A stretch of DNA of 64,000 nt, taken from Octopus sinensis. Lineage: Eukaryota. Within the stretch, counting starts at the first letter, position 1. Every line of letters begins with the position of its first letter. Where the stretch lies: the NCBI RefSeq assembly GCF_006345805.1, contig NC_042999.1, forward strand, positions 15,748,001 through 15,812,000. Direction: 5' to 3'. Below, piece after piece: positions 39,370-52,994 of this stretch. The notes under the pieces are model-generated. The model searched no databases, had not been told where the DNA came from, and saw only the letters and a list, made by a program, of their open reading frames with translations. A program made the position numbers and the translations under genes.

Positions 39370-39989
39370 AATTTATTTACATCTTATTTACATTTTTAGC
39401 GCTTTCTTCTGTTATTGGATTTATCAAAATATGGTTTAAAGTTAGATTTTTTGGCCTTTTTATATATTAAAAATTTTCTGGGATTTGCTAAGCAAGAGAA
39501 AAGAATGAACAAAAAATTTTTGAGAAGAAGTGGGAGGTAAAGAGGCATGGCTTTGTATGGTCAGATTTGTTTGTTTAGTACCTAGTGGCCTTTTAAGGTG
39601 GGGAAGGGAAAAGAAGAGAAAGGAAAAATAATTTTTGTGTTTGAATTGGTCAAGGTCTTAATTGGAAAACCAGATATTGTTTTTGACTTTCTTCAATAAA
39701 AATTATAAATGCATTTCCAGGTCTTGTTCTTTTGTGTTCATTAAAGAATAGTTGTATGGATGTAGTCAACTTTTGTCGTTGAAATTCTACATGTTTTCGA
39801 AAGAGTGATTTTTGAGTCCACTATACACTAATACAGCAATTATATATATACATACACACACATACATATATAAATATATATACATACACACACACACACA
39901 CACACTCAAAGACATCTATATATATATAAATGTTCATATTTGTGCCCATATATACATAAGTACACATTATGATTTTTTTTTTAAATAAT

Positions 39990-40660
39990 TAATTAATATA
40001 ATTAAAGATTCATCTCTGTGGTTAAATAAATTTGGAAAGTTTTGGTCATTTTAGTCACTATTTTTGATTTTTGTCCGAGTATTTGTCCTTCAGACTGGAA
40101 AAAGGAGTTAAAAAAAGATTCCTTTATGATGAATATTTGTTCTGGAGGATGGTGTCAAAGGCCTCATTGTTTAGGGGGTTGTGCATGGATATGTATGGTA
40201 GGGCTTTTGGTTATAAATCTTTCTTTAGTTTGGGGTCTCTGAGTTCATGGATGTTGAGTTGTGAGGCACGTAGAAAGCCTACACCAATTAGTGATGGCAG
40301 GTAGTTCCTGTTGATGAGTGTATCCTTTACTCATGTTGCCGTGTGTCCCTGGTGCTTGTTTCAAATACTTTATTACAAATCCTTTCTGCCAGGTTGTAAG
40401 GGATATTCAGTCTAGTGTGTCTGGGGTGGCAGAATTTGAATGGCAGATATTGCTTGGAGTCTGTGGGCTTATAGTCTGTTTCTATTTTGTTGTTGGATTT
40501 CTTAATGAGGATGTCAAAGAATGGAAGTTGTTGGTGGCTATATTCCTTCATAAATTGAATGTTTATGTCAAGTTCATTCAGAAGTGCTTGAAATTCTTTA
40601 AGCCTCTGTATACTATCCACTTCACCCCCATACTAATATTCTGGATGTTTAAATTTGATT
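39990..40660 (-). pseudogene. Penelope-like RT thumb fragment
   Basis: LNELDINIQF...LPFFDILI...YKPTDSKQYLPFKFCHPRHTRLNIPYNLAERIC. Confidence 0.8.
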
Positions 40661-40851
40661 ACTCATTTCTGAATGCAAGGATTCTTGTTGAACCACCAGA
40701 TGAAATACAGGCAGCCTCAGAAAAGCTGTCTAGCATGCTTGAAATAACAGCCTAATCCTTGAAAAATAATTGTTTTGCCAAAATTTCAATATTTTAAATA
40801 AACTCTGCCCCACTGGCTCTCTATATAAGTATACCCACAGCACAGGCATGG

Positions 40852-41165
40852 TGGAGGCACATGGCCTAGTGGTTAGAGTAGCAGACTCACAGCCAAGGGA
40901 TTGCAAATTCGAATCTCAGACCAGGTGATGTGTGTGTGTTTATGAGCAAAACACTTAAGCTCCATGCAGCTTTGGATGAAGGTTACAGGAAACTTCTGCT
41001 GACTCTTTCACCACAGCTTTCTCTCACTCTTTCCTCCTGCATCTAGCAGCTCACCTTTGATGGACTGGCGTCCTGTCAAGGTGGGGAAACTATACACCAA
41101 TGAAACCAGGAAACTAGCCCTTATGAACCAGGCATGACACAAGAATGAACAAACAACAACACAGT
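40852..41165 (+). mobile_element. tRNA-derived SINE family D
   Basis: TGGCCTAGTGGTTAGAG head and gtgtgtttatgagcaaaacacttaagctcc shared with 27650-28013. Also carries gatggactggcgtcctgtc (V-domain-like) and an AAC tail. Confidence 0.75.
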
Positions 41166-42019
41166 ACAGGCATGAATAACTGTTAAACCGGCATATGAAA
41201 TGGGAGAGACCTCATTGTGGTCACTTGATTTTTTGTATCTTCCTGTCCTCAGTTTTCAGAATAATGATATCTACCCCACAGAAATATGGAATGGATCAGC
41301 ACAGTTGTTACAACCATGACAACTTACACAGAAATATTAGGTAAATTTTGACTGATGCCCCCCACCTTATTCATGAGGAAACAAAATAGAATTTCCATCC
41401 ATATAATTCTGGTTTCTTTACTACAATGTTGGAAAGTTTGAAATGGTCCAAATCGCTTCTAAAATATGACAGGAAAACATCATTTAAGCTTTCAGACCAA
41501 AACAATAATTTCATGTGAATTTATAAAATTGAAGATACTTTATTTTTCTCAATAGATGCATCTTCAAACATTCTCATAGAGATGCACTTTGTTCCTGCTC
41601 TAAACTAAAACCCTTTTCAACCATTTGGCTTGTATCTTAGTCTTTAATTATAATTACATTCTCATTTACGTTTTTTACTATAGGTAAAAAAATCTTGATA
41701 GAATTCTTTTTATTCTGTCTTTTATCCTTTTTAAGTTTTAACTCAATAACAATTACTTTTTAGCTGCTAAAAGTGTTGCTTGTAAGGAGGGTGGACTAGC
41801 AGCAAAAAACAGAGATGGAGGAGTGATAATATTCTTAATTGAACTTGGAAAAGCAAAAGACAAGCAGGAGTGGAAGCTTAAAATTATTGCATTTGAAGTT
41901 GAATTGAAATAAAAACAAAAATGTTTTACAATTCATTCAAATGTAAAAGTATGCTGCTCTTTGGATTCTAATCCTCCTACAAAGAAAATTCTATATAGAA
42001 TTTCCTACATTATATCTTC

Positions 42020-42190
42020 ATTATCATCATTTAATGTCCCTGTTCCATTGCTAACATGGATTGGATATTTGATGAGAGTTGACAACTCAGAGGACTGCGT
42101 CATGCTCCTATGACTACTCTGGCTAGATGCCCTTTCTAACATCAAAAATATGTTCGGGATGCTTTTCCTTTTTTTATAATACCAGCACTA
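42020..42190 (-). mobile_element. SINE family A, old copy
   Basis: catcatttaatgtcc...ctggctagatgccctttctaac. Confidence 0.55.
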
Positions 42191-43206
42191 GTAAGGTCAC
42201 TATGCAAATAAGATTAAGACCCCCTTCAATTTAGAGGGGCTGTGGTAGAGAGGGAGTAGAATTTATGTCAAACAACAAAGGGTTAAAATCTGAGAGAATG
42301 TGCTTGGATGAAGTAAGTTACTTGCTATTGAAGAGCTATTTGGCTCTTCACATTATAGAAGAGATAGTAGAGATGGTCATGGTAGAGCTGGAAAGAGATA
42401 AAAATAGTGGTGATGATGTGTCAGGATGGATGCTCAAGATACAAAGTAAGTAAAAGTGAGTGAGGACAGGAAAACAGAGTGCTGGTGGGGAGAGGCTGAA
42501 AGAATATAGGAGATTGAGAGATGGTTAGGGGTAGGAAATAGGTGAGGGGTGAGATGTGACTATAATGAAGAACAAGTGTTGAGGAATAATAGGGAAGGTG
42601 GGAAAGAGTAGGTCAGGGATGTAGTGAATGGTGGACAGTGCTTGGACAATGATACACTTTGGGGAGGTGGGGGAAGGTAAGAGAGAGTGGAAGGTGACTG
42701 AAAATAGATTTGAGGTGAAGAGCAGGGGACTTATAATAATGAATCAGAAGACAGAGGAAGGATGAAAAAAGATGAAAGAAAAAGAGTGACACCCTATAAA
42801 ATATGGTGGCTGATAAAAGGAAGTTGAATAACTCATATATGATATAGTTGTTGCCTGTCTTTCAAAATTTAACAATGGTCAGCTACTTTTCTCTCAAGCC
42901 TTTTTTTATTTACTGAACTAAAACTGAGCTGAGATTTAGACACAGAAAATAAGCTCATCCAGGTGGAGGAGGAAATATTGATGAAGATGCAATTTACGTT
43001 ACCTAGAAACAGTCAGGGCAGCAGTACTTTGTCAGCTCAGAAATAATGAGGGTTAAATGATGAGATGGTTTTAGTAACTAAAGAATGAAATCTAAAATAC
43101 AAAGGTTTAGGAATCTATGATCATGGAGATCTGGAAATCCAACACTCTTGAGCCCTTGATACCCAGAAATTTTAGGCTCAACATGCATGGCCTCTATAAA
43201 CTTGAA

Positions 43207-43660
43207 CATCATCATCATCGTTTAACGTCCGTTTTTCATGCTAGCACGGGTTGGACGATTCAACTGGGGTCTTGGAAGCCAGGGGCTGCACCAGGCTCCA
43301 GTCTGATCTGGCAGTGTTTCTACAGCTGGATGCCCTTCCTAACGCCAACCACTCCGTGAGTGTAGTGGGTGCTTTTTACATGCCACCGGCACAGGTGCCA
43401 GGGAAGTCTGGCATCGGCCACGATCAGTTGGTGCTTTTAACGTGCCACTGGCACGGAAGCCAGTCAAGGCAGCACTGGCATCAGCCACGTTCGGATGGTG
43501 CTTTTTATGTGCCACCGGCACAGAAGCCAGTCGAGGCGGCGCTGGCATCAGCCACGTTAGGATGGTGCTTTTCATGTGCCACCGGAACAGAAGCCAGTCG
43601 AGGCGGCGCTGGCATCGGCCACGTTCGGATGGTGCTTTTTATGTGCCACCGGCACAGGTA
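43207..43660 (-). mobile_element. SINE family A with a 67-bp tandem array
   Basis: Units recur at 43500, 43567 and 43634. The core and CAT tail are intact. Confidence 0.9.
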
Positions 43661-44689
43661 TCACAAACAATTTTTTCCAAAATTGCACAAAATTTGATTT
43701 ATGTGCTTAGGATCAGTGGTTTATGCTGAGCATAATAAACCATTGGACATAATCTCAGACATGCATATGAGAGGATGCTATGATGGAAGAAATATAGCCT
43801 TCCAAACTTACCACATTACCAGCATGCTTCTCAAACATAGACTACACTCATCATCATTCTTTTATCTACTTTTCCCCCATCCAAAACCAACCAAGCAAAG
43901 ATGTATGTTAAATTCCAACTTTGTCTGCGATATTTTCAAGCTTCCAATTCTTCATGTCTTATGCTGTTCCAGGTTCAATTAATTAAGAACATGATTATTC
44001 CTGCACACATACATTAATGTTCTCTGCTAGTGTGTGTGTGTGTATATATATACACACACATATGCATATATATATATATAGAGAGACACACACACACACA
44101 CACACATATAAAACACATATGTATGTATGATATGTAAGTATATTATACACAATAGTGTACATATGTAATACACACAACCACAATTATAGACAGATTGATA
44201 GATAGACAGACAGAAAGATAGATAGATGACTAGATTGAATGAGATATACACGTATATGTGGATAATATACATATATGTAGAATATGTAAGCATGTATGCA
44301 TAATACACAAACACACACACAAAGACATATATTATATATATATATATATATACATACATATATACAGTATATATATGTGTGTGTGTGTGTGTAGATAATA
44401 CACACACACAAATTCACACACATACACAGATTTGTGTGTGTGTGTGAGTGTATGTTATCCAGACATATATCATTCACTGCTTGTTCATTTATATACCATA
44501 TTTTTCATTGCTAGCAAGAATTTTATGGAGACATGAGGCAATATTTTATAGCTGGATGACCTTTCTGTTGCCAACCCTTGTCTATTTCACAAGGGATTTT
44601 TTTTTATGCTATAGGTCTTCAGAAGTGTGTAAATGTTACATCAACATTTTGCAGAGGTAGGAAGCTATTGGATACCAATATTAGTGTAC

Positions 44690-44990
44690 ACATACACACA
44701 CACACACATCCATGCATATACACCAAGACACACACTCCTATATATACATGCCCACATACACATACACGTGTGCATGCACACACACACACATGCTTGTGTG
44801 CACACACCCACGTACATGTATGCATGCACACACACACACGCATGTATCCATACATATACACCAAGACACACTCATATATATATGCCCACACACACATATA
44901 CACATGTGCATGCACACACACATACATGTGTGCACACATATGTACACATACATGAATGTGCATGCACACAGACAGACACACACACAACAG
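44690..44990. repeat. Degenerate CA/TA-rich tract
   Basis: Direct reading. Confidence 0.9.
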
Positions 44991-45140
44991 GCTTCCGTAC
45001 AGATTTTGTGTACAAATTCCACTCCCAAGACATCAGTTGGTTCAGAGCCATTCAAGAAGACATTATGTCAATCAGCAGCACAGTGAGATTGAACCTGAAA
45101 CCACTTGGTTGTGAAGCAAGTTTCTTAACAACAAGCCATT
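44988..45140 (-). mobile_element. SINE family B 5' part
   Basis: acaggcttccgtacagattt...ttgaacctgaaacc...tttcttaacaac. Confidence 0.65.
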
Positions 45141-46609
45141 CCCATACTTTCATAGATAGCATTTGTATTTTCAAAACACAGTGGAAGCTTGTTTGTAATG
45201 CTGAAAGTCAACTGGAAACAAATAACCAGCTTGCTGCAGTGGCTTCATTTTCCCAAGATATTTTCACAAAAGAGCATGTCTAGACATAGCGTTATTTTGC
45301 ATACTTTTTATGACAGGTGATTTTACTTAGCATATTATATTCTATTGTACATCTTTCGTGTTGATACACATTACTATTTTAAACATTTTCTTATGCCACA
45401 TTGAGTTCTCTTACAGAAACATATACTACAGAAACAAATTTGTAGGAGTCTGCTTATTCATGCACACAAGTACATTTAGAAAATGCTAAAAATGGACTGT
45501 TTGTCTACACACTTACACACATGTATGTATATGTATGTGGATATACTTTACATAGAATTTGTAGTGCTGGACACACCCTTCATCACATATCAATTGGAGA
45601 TCACAATGATTTTCAACACCTGTTTGTAGTTCCAAGTTATGAACAGGTTCTTTTGGCCCATGGTGTAGCATACCTTTCTCCTCATGGTATATGCAGCCAG
45701 CACATAAATCACACCAACAATACAGCAACTATTACATTTTACTACTATCTGAGTATTTTTTTGTTTGCTTGCTTTCAGCTTTGTTCTTTCTCTTGTATAT
45801 GTTTGCCATATCCCCCAGGGATCCAAGGGGAAGGGGCCTGAGGGGCACGTGCCCGCCCACCTCAAGAAAAGAAGTGCAAGCTTCTAGATAATATTATTAT
45901 GCCCTTTTCTTCTGGAATTGTATTTCTCTTCTGATCTTGTGCCTTCTCTTCGAAAAATTCCTGGGACCATGTCTCTCCCTAGTGAACCATTTTCTTCTTC
46001 TCTTCCCTGCTTATTAATCACTCCTTTGCTGTCCTCTCTAAGGACCAACTTCAACAAATTAGGATCAAGTGAAAACAACTGCAACACTTCTCCTCTACTG
46101 AAAGCACTACATGCTAAAATTGTCATGCTTCACATCATCCTCTACATCTTCATAAATCAGATGATTTCCTTCTTGTTCCTACTCCATACTACCTCCACAA
46201 GATACTGTCAATTCAACATTCATAATTTTTTGTCAATCAAACTGTACAATGAGATCAGGACATAATATAATTACAACATAACCGGGAATACAGGCACTTT
46301 CTTCAAACACACCTGCATCATCCAGTCATAAATACCATGTTGAGGCTTATGCAGCAGCTCTCCTTTGTTTACCCTCAGGTATTGTTCTTTCTTACTCTCC
46401 TTAAGGAATACAAGGTAAAACTAGTGCTCTCTCTGAAGATGGGCACACTGGGCAGTTGGCCAGAGGCAGCATAAAAGCAAGACATCCACACACACACATA
46501 TAGATATATATACACACACGCATATAGATATATATACACACACACATATAGATAAATATATACACACACACATAGATATATATATATATATATACATGCA
46601 CACACACAC

Positions 46610-46748
46610 AGAGGGATGGGCAAAAGTTAGTGTACAGTTGCTTAATATGAGGGAATGTTCTTTTCATTTCAATATTTCCCTTTGGAGATAAGAATATAAT
46701 TAAGCAGACCTTTGTACACAGCAACTGTATACCTACTTTTGCCCACTC
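46610..46748. mobile_element. Small MITE with ~25-bp TIRs
   Basis: GGGCAAAAGTTAGTGTACAGTTGCT ... AGCAACTGTATACCTACTTTTGCCC. Confidence 0.75.
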
Positions 46749-46755
46749 CCCCCAC

Positions 46756-46787
<32 letters not shown>

Positions 46788-46950
46788 CATATATGTATGC
46801 ATGCAGTATATAAAATCTTTCTGTTTCTTCTTTATAGGTAGTGTTGTGCAAGGTACTCTTCTTTCCACAACACCAAAGCCATTAGTTCACAGTGACACTT
46901 GTAAGCAAATGTCTTTTTTCTTTCTCTCTGTGGACAGTAAAAAAATGGAT

Positions 46951-46995
46951 CTACCTGACCGGTTTCGAATCTTGTTTGACTCTCATCAGAGATAG
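46951..46995 (-). ncRNA. Minimal type I hammerhead, intact, GUC site
   Basis: CUAUCU CUGAUGA GAGUC aaacaa GAUUC GAAA CCGG UC AGGUAG. Stem I 6 bp, stem II 5 bp, palindrome ACCGGU. Confidence 0.9.
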
Positions 46996-47904
46996 AATAC
47001 CATTTGATCTATCCATGGAGAGAAATGTAGCTTATAGCTATAAAAGGTTACTAAATGTAGTTAATTAAAAGAACTGATAAGTTTGATTTGCATAAATAAG
47101 TGCTTCATCTGTGATTTATCCAAATCCATTAGAACTTTTTTGCACTAAACAGCATTTTCTCTCCACAATATCTGTTGTATTGTACAGTATATACAATGCT
47201 TCCCAACACATTGGAGTGATTGCTGTATTGTAACAATTGCAAAGAAATGTCTTTTCCTTTCTCTCCGTTGACAGAAAAAATGGATCTACCTGACCGGTTT
47301 CAAATGAATGTAAATCATATATATTTATGCTTATGCAAATATGTAAACGAAGGTATTTTACAGGTATATATACATACCTTATGGCATGTTCATACACAAA
47401 AGTCATGCATTTGTGTGTGTGTGTGTGTGTGCCAGTAAGTGTGTGCATGTATGTATGTACGGATTATGCTTACTTAAGTGTTTATAATTTTTTCTTTTAT
47501 ACATTGACTTATGCAATTGTATCTCAAGTTGTGTGTGTGTGTGTGTGTGTGTGCATGTACTCACACACATGTCTGTATATTCTTATATTTATTTGTATTC
47601 ACTGTTTGAATTTAAGCAAGTATGTTTATTCATTCATGCATTTGTATTTTGATTGTCAATTCATCACTTCAGTTGCATTAACAATTTTCCTTCCCCATGA
47701 CTTGAAGTTTATGTTCACCCATTAAATTTGAATAATTGACTCTTTCTGTTTATTAGTTGTGCAAACTTGGAATAATCGCTATACAAGTCAATGACATATG
47801 CACCTGCTTTCCATTTAGCCACACCAAAGTGAACAGATTCCTACACTCTAGGAAACTAAGACATTTCATTCAGGTTCTTCTATGCAAGACTCCTCAGAGT
47901 ACCA

Positions 47905-48070
47905 CATTCTTTTCTACTCTAGGCACAAGGCACAAAATTTTTGGGGTGGAAGCCAGTTGATTAGATTGACCTCAGTACGCAACTGGTACTTAATTTATCG
48001 ACCCCGAAAGGATGAAAGGCAAAGTCAACTTCGGTAGAATTTGAACTCAGAACATAAAGACAGACGAAAT
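47905..48070 (-). mobile_element. 5'-truncated SINE family C with 16-bp TSD
   Basis: TSD ACTCCTCAGAGTACCA at 47889-47904 and 48071-48086. Confidence 0.9.
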
Positions 48071-49467
48071 ACTCCTCAGAGTACCATATCACTATTTCAG
48101 TGTGGGTTCTATGTAGTTAGGGATGATTATAGTCCCAACTGCTCTAAATAACCGAGGAATATTTGCCTTATCTCTAATTAAACCATACTTAGCTTATCTT
48201 TAATTTCACTAATTCGGTTAAAATTTTATTTACTCAACTACAAGTTTTTGTACTTACTACCCAAATTATCTGCACTGTACCCATAGATTACAGTTTAAGT
48301 TATCACCTTTTTACTTAGTGCAATCCCATATCTAACTGACATATAACCCAAACTTATTTAATTATTTTTCAGCTGAAAAATTATTTATCACATTAACAAC
48401 GTCTATATTTGTTTCTTTTTAAATTCTTTTAAAATTCTTTCCCCTTCATTAAAGGGATAAACAACTACACTTTAAATTATTTTAAGCTAGTTATATTCTT
48501 CATTAAAATCTCATCCTGATTTCATTATCTTTCAATTATTTGCCAAATGTTTTCACAATCTTAAATTATATACCTTGCACTTAAACTTTCAAAATCATTT
48601 TTTCATTCTCTAGAATGATCTATCAGTGGAGCTGTCAGTTAAGAATAATGTCAAAGAATACCTCTCAATACAATCATCAATTTATCTTCAAACTTATTTC
48701 AAAATTTTAATTGAAATTACTACCTTGTGAAACTTTGTCCACTAAATTTCAGGGAACATGGTAACACCCCTAAAGACCTTTACATTATTTCCAAAAGAAA
48801 CTAATGATATACAGTAATAAATTGTAAATCTAAATATACCTTCAGAATTATTTCATTTAACTGGCTATTCTCTAGCACTATTACTTAAATTTTCAAATCA
48901 TAGAGTCACATTTTGACTGTAATATTTTATAGACATTTCCATTAACTACACAATTTTAAGTCTCATATCTTGTATGCTTCTTCAACTATAAATCATTTCT
49001 GGAACCATACTACATCTTTATTTAGTACTACTCCATTCTCTTCTTCTCATCCTTGACTAAATTTTGAAAACAGTTAATCATCAAAATGTTGTTTAGCCCA
49101 AAGTCTTAACCTTCCTATTTTTGAAAGATTCTACTCACCTATCAATAATCTCCGACAGTAAATAAAGCTGCAGCATCCACCTTTCATTAACTTTGAATAA
49201 ACTACCGCAATGGAGACTTCAAAGTACCAAGCAACATTCTTATAATAAATATTTGATTCTACACTTCAGTGCAGTCCTTTATTCATGTTAAGTTCTGTTT
49301 GGTGGTTATTTATTTAAAACCTTATTTTGTTATATACACCTGTGTGTGTGTGTGTGTGTGTAGAAGGATTCACATATATATATGTGTGTACATGGGAATA
49401 TATAAGCATGCATATATACATATATATATAAGCATGCATATAAATATATACATATGTGTGTGTGTGT

Positions 49468-49800
49468 GGCCAGTGCCCCTTGACTGGCTCTCATCCTGGT
49501 GGCATGTAAAATGCATCTTCTGAACATGATCGATGCCAGTGCCTCCTGACTGGCTCCCATGCCGGTGGCATGTAAAAAGCACTATCTGAATGTGATCAAT
49601 GCCAGGCCCATCTGACTGGCACATGAGCCGGTAGCACATGAAAAGCACCTCCTACACTCTCGGAGTGGTTGGCATTAGGAAGGGCATCCAGCTGTAGAAA
49701 CATTGCCAGATCAGATTGAAGCCTAGTGCAGCTGCTAGCTTTCCAGACCTCAGTCAAACCGTCCAACCCCTACCAGCATGGAAAGCGGATGATGATGATG
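49468..49800 (+). mobile_element. SINE family A with an array
   Basis: Three ggtggcatgtaaaa units, the core and a GAT tail. Confidence 0.85.
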
Positions 49801-51049
49801 ACAAGATCTACATAGACACGCATTTCTTTGATTGTATCCTTCTGAAAATAGGTGTTTGCACCCAAAATATAAAGGTTTTTAAAAGCTTTCTGTATTGTTA
49901 GAAGCTTTCCTCATATCTCATTTCATTTATTATTTTACTTACGTAAGTGTGTGTGTGTGTAGTTGTGAGTGTGTTGGTTATTCTGATAGAAACTGAAGAA
50001 ACCACAACTAAATTATGGTACTGACTACATCAAGTAGAGGTTCCGTTGTTATTTTTAGTGATAAGTGAGTGTTACAGAAAACGTTTTGCTGTATTTCTGG
50101 TGAATTCATCAAAGAATGGAATAGCTGTAGTTATTACTCAATTATATATGTTTAGGTTCAAGAGGGCATGTCTTGGCAAAGCAACTTGAATGGTTCTTGT
50201 AACTGTGGTGAATTGATTGATGCAGGGATTAATATATAAAATAGAAGAGCTAATATAATTCCTAGTTGGGAAGTAGCAAAAAAAAAAAAATTGTTAGGAA
50301 AGGGTTCATAAGGATGAATGAAAAGATGTGTTAAAATGTTAAATAAGTAAAATAAATGAGAGGTATGTGAGATGAATCAAAGCAAAATAAAAATAGAATA
50401 TAAGAATATACAGAGTAAATAAAGGAAAAAATAAATAAAAACATACATACATGAGTAAATAAAGACGTAAAAGGATTTAGAAAAGTTATTTAGTCAACCA
50501 TGGTCAAGGGAGACAAATGAGTTGGGGACGTAGAAGGAACACAGAGTAAGATTCCAGATGAAATGGTTAGGTCATCAAAAAGTGTGTGTGTGTGTGTGTC
50601 TGTGTCTGTGTGTGTGTTTTAGTTAATATGTATGGAGACCAGCATTAAGCAGCATGCAGAGTGCAACATTAGCCATAGACAATAGTCTTGATGTTGAGAG
50701 AATTAAGAGCAGAAGTAAAAACCAGACAATGATAAATGCAATCTAGCACTATGGTCACTTTAGCAATGAATGGTTAGTGTGAAAACTAAAGGATTTGTTC
50801 ATATATATAAGAAACTGGCTCTTAACCTTTTGGATAAATAAAATCCTTTCATGCAGACCTAAGAAGGAAAAATGAATAATAAATAACCAAGTACACATAG
50901 TATATCACAAAACAAAGATGATATTGAAGTCCGTCTATACAGGAATCCTCTCTCTCTAGGGCCAATCAAAGAAAATCAGAGATCCAAGAAGTCTTTGAAC
51001 ACTGTGGATAAGTGCTCTCTCCAACTGTTGTTTTCCACGTTATAAGTTT

Positions 51050-51680
51050 GTGTTAAGTGCATTCCCATTCATTTGTCATTTTCACAACTCTCACCTACTT
51101 TCAACAAATTCATCCAAGGACAGCACCTCCACCCCAACACACCTTGCTTTTCAGAGAGAATTTGAAAAGTTGATGTGAGGTCTACTGAAATGTAAAGTCT
51201 CTGCCCTCTACACAACCCCTTTCATTATAGACACCATCAGACAAAAATTGTCTTTCCTATTCAGTTAAGGCAATCATCACAATGGACTTAACTGAAAACC
51301 AGATTCATCCCACAAAAGTCAAACAGCTCCACAAGCCAGCACTGGGTCAGACACTGAACAATTGTATGCAGAACAGTTTCATAGCCCAGTGTGTATCTTG
51401 GATACATCCATCTGATAGCAGTTTCCAAACCGGTAGAGTCTTTCATGAGCACTTCTAAACCAAGGACTTCTGGAAGTTATCCATACTAGCCCTTGATGTG
51501 GATGTTCTCCAGAAAATACTAGCCAGTTCATTTTTGTTCACACCCAGAGCTTACCGGACAACATGATCATTCTCTCCGCAAATAATCCCGTATGAATTGC
51601 TAGAATAGAACATACACCAATCTTATTGCCTGGAGGAAAATGAGAGCCTGATGACATAGTAAATTCCAAGTATCCAGTCT
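51050..51680 (-). pseudogene. Possible very old APE endonuclease fragment of a LINE
   Basis: Scattered motifs in the expected order (RLDTWNL, TIVQC, NERG) but in broken frames. Confidence 0.3.
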
Positions 51681-52751
51681 CCGTCTTTGCTTCATGCTTT
51701 TAAGGAGATGGGTGGTGCAAAAGTATGATTCACAGATGGTAGCATTCATTCACCAACTAGAAAACTCGGCAGGTTGTGCAGCCTAAGTATGAGTTCATAC
51801 ATCAGTAACCAAAGCATGCTTTACCCACCATGTAGAAAGTACCGGCTGGAGATGGATTGCCTAACCAGTGAAACACGTCTCTTCTATAAGAATTTGAATA
51901 GCAGATGCCTAATCAGATTGGGCAGTAATTGGAATAAGGCACAACAGTCAAGCAAGAAATAATAATGGTGGTGAGGCAGGTATACAGCACCACTACTTGA
52001 CCTGGCAGGGAAAGCTTCCTCTAAGCATATTTCTTAGTAAGACTGGTCACCCGTCTTGTTACCTTGTCTTAATTTCTAGTCCATCGTCAACAAAATTTTA
52101 TGCCTACTTTCCTTGGTAGCATGGGTTGCATAGATCATTCAGAGTTACTACTCTTCCAGATACAATAGAAGACCATATTATTTTCAAACATTGCTTTTTA
52201 ACTTGTTTTTATATATAATTTGGATGTCCTTACTACCACCTTTAACTTAACAAATTCTCAGTACCTTATGATGGATTTGTACCCTTCAAATAACATATCT
52301 GAGAAGGCAAGTAGAAGATGGAACATAGATGATAAAAAAATTATCAGAAAGAATGGTTGATGGCTGCATGAGTGGAGTGGGAGAGAGAATGGTGGATAGT
52401 AATGAGGAGGAGGAGGAGGTCAATGGTAAGAGTCAACAATGTATGTCAATAACAAGTGGCTCAGACAAGAGGGAGTGATGACTGGTAGTAAAGAACAGAT
52501 TCTGCCTTCATCAAATATGAATAGAACAAAATAAAGAAACAATGGGTAGAGAAAAAGTGAATGACTGGTAGAAGAGTGAATAATGAGTGATGGAGTACTG
52601 AGTGATAGAGAGGTAAGAGTCTAATAAAGATGGAGGAGGTAGTAGAATGCATGCTTAACACAGACATATTAGATGATAGACTCATATAAGTGCACATACA
52701 TACATGGACATAAATACACACCTACAAACATACACACACACATGTATGTAC

Positions 52752-52789
<38 letters not shown>

Positions 52790-52874
52790 TTCGAGACAAA
52801 ACCACTATTTTGCAAAACAAACAAGGAAAGACTTAATCAATACATAAAAATTTTTAATATAAAGAAATAAACCA

Positions 52875-52917
52875 CCACTACAATCGTTTCATGTCTTCAA
52901 TGACATTCGTCAGGTGG
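52875..52917 (-). ncRNA. Type I hammerhead, intact core
   Basis: CCAC CUGACGA AUGUC auugaa GACAU GAAAC gauu GUA GUGG. Confidence 0.88.
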
Positions 52918-52961
52918 ATTTTCGAACTCCTAATCTGTTTTAATTTATGAATCTAATATTT

Positions 52962-52994
<33 letters not shown>

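Noticed and set aside
43360-43660. Repeat-spacer appearance resembling CRISPR
   Set aside because: The spacers are near-identical, the context is a eukaryotic SINE and there are no cas genes.
45590-45865. Overlapping ORFs with a hydrophobic stretch (CIVGVIYVLAAY)
   Set aside because: The acceptor is weak, the peptide is unrecognised, and open frames on both strands give no preference.
46420-46470. CTGAAGA TGG...CCA GAGG
   Set aside because: GAAA is not present and stem I does not pair.
47850-47904. Minus-strand CUGAGGA...GAAAUGUC
   Set aside because: Stem II cannot be formed canonically. At best it is a relic.
51730-51780. FTDGS-like RNase H motif on the plus strand
   Set aside because: The surrounding residues do not match RNase H or ERV-L, so it is likely chance.
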